Below are positions 1-64,000 of a stretch of DNA of 64,000 nt, in pieces; within the stretch, counting starts at the first letter, position 1, and the number at the start of each line of letters is the position of its first letter. The stretch comes from Macrostomum lignano (Eukaryota). Made by a program: the position numbers and the translations under genes. Location: contig NIVC01000023.1 of the NCBI GenBank assembly GCA_002269645.1, positions 744,001 through 808,000 of the forward strand, written 5' to 3'. The notes under the pieces are model-generated. The model did no database searches. It was not told the DNA's origin and saw only the letters and a program-made list of their open reading frames with translations.

Positions 1-62
1 TTTGAAACCTAAAACTAGATTCCTTTGTAGAATTTGAACAACACGGAGAATCCTACACTAAC

Positions 63-56666
<56,604 letters not shown>

Positions 56667-57055
56667 CTATAGGAGCAGAAAAGAATACCAGCGTTTCAAT
56701 ATATTAATGGTCTAGGTAAGTTTCAAAAACTTCAAAAGAAGAAAAATCCTTACCTCTAGGATTTATTTGTAGTTGCATTGTGGCACTCAAGTGTAAGAAC
56801 TCCTAAACTGAACAAACTACATCACAATTGATTAGAAGCTGAAATTTTACCACAAGAATTAAATTAGTTATAAGGAAATAATTTAAAACATATATTAATA
56901 TAAAAATATAACTTTCAAACTTTTTAATTTCCAGGGGGGGGTCTTGATTTGCCAGATTTGAATACTGTTAAATCTACACTGTCAGGATGGTAGGTTCGAA
57001 GCTTTCAAAAACCCATGGATGTAGACTAGACACTTTTACAGATTTTAGGCATGCC

Positions 57056-59810
57056 ACACCCGTGCAAAAAGTGCTGACACCTCCTGGCATCGCGGCAAGA
57101 TCACCAGGCCGCGGATGACTACGGTTGGTTCGGACGGCCGCGCTTCGGCTGCGGCAGAAAAGCTCAGCACAGCAGGGACTCGCAGAGGTCGGCGCAGCGT
57201 CGCACTGAGCGGCGGCGCGAGCGCAAGCGGCGAGGGCGACTCCGCGGCGCGGCCAGGCGCCTGTTGTCTCCAGTCCCTGCTACTTCAACTATGGATCCGC
57301 CGGGTGGCGCCGGGGACCACGAGGCCAACCTCCATCTGTCCCCAGCTGTACCAGGTGGCCGCCTCAGGCTCGGCACGATGAACTGCCGAACTCTGAAGGC
57401 CCCCTGGCGTCGCACCATCCTTGTCCAGCTGGCCCACGACCTACAGCTGGACCTCGTCTCGCTGCAGGAGGTTTCTATCGTGGCTGAGCCGGGGCTCCAC
57501 TCTGAGGACCTCGGAGCCGGCTGGAGCCTCCTGTACACGTCGGCAGACAACCGCGGCCGGGGCGGTGTCGGCGTACTGATCGGACCGCGCATCCCGGAGA
57601 GCGTGCACTGCATCTCGCTGTCCCCGCGACTGATTCGGGTCGACCTGCGACTGCGCGCCCGCTGCATCCGGCTGTTCTGCGCGTATGCACCCACCGCTGC
57701 TCACCCCGAGGAGGCTCGTGCCTTCTCCGACTTCCTGGCTGGGCAGCTGGAAGAGGTGCCAAACCGCGACACGCTGGTCCGAGCACTCGCTCTGTGTCGC
57801 GGGACGCGAGAACGCCAACACCGATGCGCTGGAGGACCTGCTTGACCGGCTGGATCTGGTGTCCGCGAACAACCAGTTCCGCAAGCCCCCTGCCCGCCTG
57901 GTCACCTTTGCGGGCTGCAAGAGAAGGCGGCGGAACGCCACGAGGACGGATCGCCACGAGGAGACTGGCGCAACTCGATCATGCGCTGGTTCGCACTCGC
58001 GAGCGCCGCCCCGTCACCAACTGCGACACCATGGCTCCACTGGCTCTCCGGTCAGACCATCGACTCCTGATCTGCGACTTGCGTCTCCGCGACCAGCTCT
58101 ACCGACCGCCAAAGCAGCGGCCACGGCGCTACTATCGCGCACTGTTGACACCCGCGTGAAGCGTCATTTCGCGGGTGCCTTCGTCGGTGCGCTTGGAGAC
58201 CAGCGCGAGGCGGAGTATTCCGACATCAGCACCGCCGTTAGAGCCGCTGCAGAGCAGACGGTCCCGCTGATGCGGCCAGCGCAAAAATCGCTGCCTGTCT
58301 AGCTGAGCGACCCCATCATCAGGCAGGCGCGGCTCAACATCGAGCGACTCCGCAGAAACCGGCGGCCCACGGGCGACGCTGAAGACGCGTTTGAGCGCCT
58401 TCTTGACGAGCGGCACAGGCCGCTGTCGATGACGCCATTAGGTCCATCACTGCAGCTGGCCCCGACGTGAAGAGCCGCGCAGTGTGGACGGCCGTCCGGA
58501 CTCTGACGGGGCGCAGAAAGCGCGTGGCGCTGAACCTGGCCGGCGACATCCCGGAGGAGCGCAGGAGTGAATTGCGCGACTTCATCGCCGGCATCGTGAA
58601 CGCGCCTGCGTCGCCGCTGCCCGCCAGCTTTGCGATCTCACTGGACACGCCGCTCCCAGCTGAGGAGGACTTCTGCACCAGACCAGTCACCACGGAGGAC
58701 GTTGTGCTGTTCGCTCGGAAAACATCAGGCGGAAAGGCGCTCGGCCCTGAGGAAGTCCCGGTCGAAGCGCTGCGGCTCCGCTGTGTGGCCTCCCAGGCGC
58801 TCCTGCGCCCACCGAGTGGACCGTCGCGCACATCGTGCCGATCCCGAAGAAGGCAGCGACAACGCGGAACGAAAACCACCGCGGGATCTCGCTGATGTCC
58901 TGCACCGCGAAGCTCTTCAACCGGCTGCTGCTCGATCGTCTGCAGTCGATGATGCTGGACCCGTACCTGCGGTACGAGCAGAACAGATTCCGGCCGCAAC
59001 GCGGTACAGTGACACAGATCCTCGCACTCCGCCGTGCCATCGAGGAGGCGCGCATCCGCCAGTCTACGCTGATCATTGTCTTCGTTGACTTTCGAAAGGC
59101 GTTTGACTCGGAGTTGAGATCCGCTCTTTCCTTCGTCCTTCGAGCCTACCGAGTCCCGCAGCAGCTAATCGACGCTGTCATGGCGCTGTACTGCGATACT
59201 CGAGCTGCTGTGGTGACGGCGGACGGCCTGTCTGACCTGTTCGATACTTCATCAGGAGTTCTGCAGGGCGACAGCGACACGCTGCCGCCGTTTCTCTTTG
59301 TGCTGCTCCTAGACTGGGTGCTTCGGACCGCACTCCCCTCGGCTGACGACGGCTCCCTGCTGCGCATGAGCGTGCTTGGCTACGACGACGACCTCGCCCT
59401 CCTGTCCTCGTCCGTTGAAGGCGCCCAGCGCCAGATCGACAGGTTGGTCGAAGTCGCATCGAGCGTCGGTCTGATTGTCAACACGCTGAAGACGGAGGTG
59501 CTGACTGTGCCGGCCGACATCCCAGCGGACCTGACGTGCCGCAGCGCAGACAGGCAGACGACCAGGCTCGCACGCTGCGAGCGGTTCACCTACCTCGGCG
59601 TTCTGGTGCCTCACGTGGACGAGGACTTCCGGCGGCGCTGAGGACTTGCCTGCGCGGCCTTCCGTTCAATCAGGGCCATCCTCCATTCCGAAGCGCTGCC
59701 CGACCGCCAGAGGGCTCGGCTGTGGCAGGCGGTGTTCGAAACGTCCTGCTCTACAACGCCGAGACGTGGACGCTGACGGCTACGTTGGAGCGGCAGCTGG
59801 ACTCGGCGCG
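57056..59810 (+). mobile_element. Decayed non-LTR retrotransposon, RTE-like (single APE endonuclease + RT ORF), 3'-truncated
   Basis: GC-rich island. APE motifs GTMNCRTL, LQEV, LFCAYAPT, LDHALV, SDHRL. RT motifs NHRGISL, FVDFRKAFDS, GVLQGD, YDDD (degenerate YADD), FTYLG. Frameshifts and stops at 58300 and 59639. Confidence 0.92.
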
Positions 59811-61493
59811 CTCAGGGCTAATCTATGCTCATAATAAATGCAAATAACATAAAGTCTATAGACTCTTACACCTTTTTAGGTCAAAGAGACTTAGCATTAT
59901 AAAAGGTAAGATAGAGATATTAGTCATAGTGGTATATTATATTTTGAATTTTTGTATTTTCTGACTAATACTAATTGGTATTCTAGATCTTAAATGAAGT
60001 ATTTCACCATTTGGAGCTTTAATTTAGAAAAAACAAGCATAGAAAAACAAATTTAATTTTCAAATCATAAATATAACACATTATATAAAAATAAGTATGG
60101 CATACTATTACCATTACTGTTTAAAAAATTTTGTTTGTTAAAAGTTGTTCAAAATATCAAAATGCTATTTAATATAAAATGTTTAATACTTCTTATATTA
60201 TAATAGTATAAACTTCAGGCAATAAGTGACATGTTTTTTCAATTTGCTTATTGTTTTTGTAACTTTTCATATAGTAAACATTTCTAGCAAAATATTTTGC
60301 ATATACTAGGCCCCAAATATATAATTTTCTGAAAATATTTTTATTCAGCATATATCTGATATCTTTGAGAATTTATATATTCAACTATATTATTATACCA
60401 ATCTAAATTATAATGAACATAGTATTTTTTCAAGTTTCATTTTGTTTCTATAGCAATATTTGCTTTCTAGAGCTTTCTAGGTTATATATGCTTAGTTATA
60501 GCAATAAATATAGGCCTAGCTAGGCCTAAGGCAAAGCAAGAATATATATAGGCGAATTTATAAAAAATATTGTTTTTAACATTGTCCTATTATATTATTA
60601 TATTTTTGTTGAAACCTCCAATAGGCCCCATAGTCTAGATCATGCTGGCTATACAATATAAGGCATTTGGCATGCACTTCATTTTATGCCAAATTATACC
60701 AAGTAGAAAAATGGCCTAAGGTTTTATACCAAATTATACTAAAGAAAACAATGGCTCTGTGATACTTCATGCCAAATTATACCTAGAATGATGCCTAGAA
60801 TCCAATATACTAAAAAAATCAAAACTATGTACCTATAGGAACCTTCACTTAACTTGAGCTATGTAGCTATGCAATTGATTTCAGAAAAAAAAGCTCAACC
60901 AATTTTCTTCAAACATGCACCATTCGATTAGAAATTTTCCTGGGATGGTACATGCATCTTAGCTAAGAAATTGCTCAATGTTAAAGGGATTAAATATTCC
61001 AAAAACATACTTTTTGGAAAGGTCAAGCAGCTCTTTTGACCTGAAATGCATTATAAGAATGCTAGAGACAAAACTGATTGGCTGAATTCTGATTTTGATC
61101 TTTATTCTAAAAAATATCAAATGGAGAATATAGTTTTGTAAAGCTGGCCTTATTGGGGCCTAATTTTGCCTTGCTATAAACATAATAAAAATACAAAAGC
61201 ATAATAATATGGTCATATGCCTTAATTTTGTTATTTATGAAAGTTGTGAATGATTATAAAAACAAATAAATATTTCCTTAAAACTATTGTAAAAAGCTTT
61301 GTTATACAAGTAGGCCTAGTAGATTTTGCGCAAATTTGTGGTATATACAAGGAATTTTCTGGTGCACATGGCACATGGTAAGCCACACTCAGCATAAAGT
61401 CTATAGTAAAATCTTCTTAGTTCATATCCATATGTAAAGTGTGACATATAAATGTATACTTGCTCATTTTTTAAATATTCAATTCAATTCAAA

Positions 61494-61874
61494 GAGCCTC
61501 TTCATATTGCCAGTTCGAAAAATGGAACCGGTTCCGAACCAGTTTGACGCTCTTCATATCAATGGTTCGAAAAATAAAATCAGTTCTGGAACATGGTTCT
61601 GGTTCTAGAATATGGTTCGAGAAATTTTCTCAAACCGTTGTCATGTTTACACTTTAACAGTAAAATATATTTGAAATCGTCAATTTTTTTATTATTGTTA
61701 TATAATTATTCTTTTTTTGTCATATCCAAAAAAAAACAAATTCAAAAAACAACAAAATTAAATTGTAAAGACTGTCAAACATAACATGGGTTTGAAGCTC
61801 CTCATTTCACACTGGTTCTGGTTCTAGAACTCGAATTTATTCTGGTTCTAGAACTGATTGCCATGAAGAGGCTC
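61494..61874. mobile_element. MITE-like element, 381 bp, 12-bp perfect TIR GAGCCTCTTCAT, AAA flanks (possible 3-bp TSD, PIF/Harbinger-like)
   Basis: gagcctcttcat at 61494 and atgaagaggctc ending 61874; internal ggttc(t/g)/gaacc repeats; no ORF. Confidence 0.7.
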
Positions 61875-62436
61875 AAATTCAAATAATACAAAAAAGTTTT
61901 TTGGAATTTACAAATTATATATTTGTTTTGAAAAAATTAAAGTTTAATAAACATCATTATTTCGTTAATGTTAAATAAAAAATAAATAAATGCATAAAAC
62001 TTAAATTTCAAAATAAGATTCAAAAATTAAGACTTTCTTTCATTTTTTTCAAGTTTTATATTACAAAGTTGCCTAATACAAGGTGCACATTTCTTTTTCA
62101 GGCACACATGCACTTTTTTACTTGGCGCACGCTGCACAGTTAAAAATTTTACTGGGGATTTGTTGTGGTGCACATGGTGCACCTTCCTGACCATGGTAAT
62201 GGACTACAGAGTACAGAATAGGACAACTTATTATTATAATACTAATAGGATATTAGGCCCTACGCCCTAAGCATTTGCAAAATCATTGACATTATACTAC
62301 AAGTCCAAAATTATCAAAAAGCTATGCCTAATAATAATACAAATATTTGGCCCTTTATTCTGGACCCTGAAAAAATAGTTATTTTGGAGTTTAGACGTAG
62401 GCCTACAATTAATTGATTATTTATAATGCTGGTGTA

Positions 62437-62880
62437 AGACCAAGACCGCCACACACCAAGACTGCCACACTTGGGTGTTGGGGGAGCTAGGGGGGGGGGG
62501 CAGAATTTGGCTTGCCATGTTATTGGATAGGCCTAGTGCTGAGGAGGGGTAAGATAGGGAGAGCCAGCAGGACAAGGCCGCAAAAGAGGAACCAGTGAGC
62601 AGGCTGGGTGGGTGAGTGAGCCAGGCTCCTTGTTTTTTCATTCAATTTGAATTGTAAAGGAACTATAAGATATTGTTAAAATTGTCCTTGTTGTCTTGCC
62701 ATCATTTTGGACCACTTATTTGTCTTATTAGTGACCAATCTTGGGATGCTTCCTCCTTGACCTCATCTAACTTCATAACCCATCACAACCAATAGCAATG
62801 CTGGAAGATTGGTAGCTCCCCCTAAATTCCAGTAGCCAGTAAGAGCTGTGGCGGTCTTGGTGTGTGGCAGTCTTGGTCCT
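62437..62880. mobile_element. MITE-like element with compound inverted termini (ACCAAGACYGCCACAC x2)
   Basis: gaccaagaccgccacacaccaagactgccacac on the left versus gtggcggtcttggtgtgtggcagtcttggtc on the right; imperfect flanking direct repeat ATAAYGCTGGTGT. Confidence 0.65.
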
Positions 62881-63550
62881 GTACCATAACGCTGGTGTTA
62901 GTTCTTTACATAGATAATACACAGAAATTGTTTCCTTCCTGCGGCACAGCGAACCGCTAAAACCTTGGCTAAGTTAAAATGTTGTGTACATAAAGGACAG
63001 TCGACAGTGAGGAAAAATCTGCTAAAAGTAATAAATTTGACTAAAAAACTAAAACCGAGATCAGGAAAAACGAAAAAATCTGAGTAGATTATAGCTACAC
63101 GTCTATCATTTCACTGAATTATTTAACTCGTCGACTAATTATCCTTCCTCTTCAAAGCTTAATCAGAAATACAATGTGCATAGAAGTATTATAGCTCAAG
63201 CTTGAGCCCTTATCAATCACCTCTAGCCGTTTTTAGTTTGTTGCTCACGTTACGATTTCTTAGATTTTTGTAAAGTCAAATACTATAAGCAGAAAAAGCT
63301 TTTTACATTGTTTAGTACAACTTATCTTTCTAAGCCACTGAAATCTGAAATTGCACAGATTTATAGTGTTTTTATTTTTTAGCAAAAAAATGGTCAAAAC
63401 AAAATTTAGTTTTTTGTTTTACCAAGTAAATTTCGTTAATAAATCGTACTTATATTATTTAATTGTTTTTTAATTGTTGTTTAGCGAAATCTGAGCAAAT
63501 TTTTACAGTTTTGCGGCCCAAAAAAACTTTTGAATAGTTACTTCGCTATC

Positions 63551-63617
63551 ATGAACCGATTTTTACTAGCTATCACAGCATGCTTTCTGTTGCAACAGTC
63601 CGAAAAATGCTTTGCGG
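63551..63617 (+). CDS. First coding exon of a divergent gene encoding a signal peptide (MNRFLLAITACFLLQQSEKCFA)
   Basis: ATG, hydrophobic core, C-F-A cleavage-like end, phase-1 GTAAGT donor at 63618. Confidence 0.6.
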
Positions 63618-63721
63618 GTAAGTTTATACTTGTACATACTGCATATTCTGTACATGGTTATCAGCTTATGCTAAATGTGCAGGTTTGCTTGATTTTTATA
63701 ATTTCGCATATATTCGTTCAG

Positions 63722-63880
63722 ACAAAGCATCGTACGTACATGTAAAAGCGCCTATATTTTGTATTGTCTCACGCATTATAATTTGGATTTCCAGCGGAGG
63801 CTTCTTCTCATTATTCGGCATCCGCAAATCTAGTGAGATTAGTCAAAAGGGAAACATCAGTAGTCCCAGTGACTACGCAT
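63722..63880 (+). CDS. Second exon of the divergent secreted-protein gene (may contain a 63-nt in-frame intron at 63732-63794)
   Basis: ttcgttcag acceptor phase 1, open frame, GTAAGT donor at 63881. Confidence 0.5.
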
Positions 63881-64000
63881 GTAAGTTTATCAACTATTAC
63901 TTGTACATGAAAGTCCATACATGTATCATGCACACACGTAGATCATTTAAATAAATATGCAAAAAATGAAACTGCATGGTGTGTACATTTGAGCATGATG

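Noticed and set aside
59820-61490. AT-rich block as a large non-autonomous DNA transposon (partial inverted ggtcaaa-gag motifs, direct cataaagtctatag repeat)
   Set aside because: No consistent TIR/TSD pair could be defined by eye.

Overview
Eukaryotic (animal) genomic DNA, not prokaryotic. The (GACA)n/(GAGT)n microsatellites, dense intronic minisatellites and GC-rich RTE elements resemble a flatworm such as Macrostomum; this is an inference and was not checked. The window is dominated by one large minus-strand multi-exon gene encoding a polycystin-1 (PKD1/REJ)-like ectodomain. I reconstructed 30 exons by hand with GT-AG boundaries and compatible reading phases, plus one uncertain link near 24-26 kb, giving about 8.4 kb of CDS (about 2,800 aa). 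Domain order: signal-peptide tail, WSC domain, a long uncharacterised Ig/PKD-like region, several PKD repeats (WDFGDG / H-x-Y-x-x-PG-x-Y motifs), REJ domain, and a probable GAIN-region start. The gene runs off the left edge and its ATG exon was not found. Almost every intron longer than about 500 nt holds tandem-repeat arrays, mostly with different units, while seven introns of 75-105 nt hold none. Some arrays form inverted pairs flanking single exons. Other elements: a decayed RTE-type non-LTR retrotransposon (about 57.05-59.81 kb), a 5'-truncated relative with TSD and (GTT)n tail, a tRNA-derived CORE-like SINE, two MITE-like elements, and the first exons of a divergent plus-strand gene with a signal peptide at 63.55 kb. 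The ORF-track entries lying within the tandem arrays are repeat artefacts.
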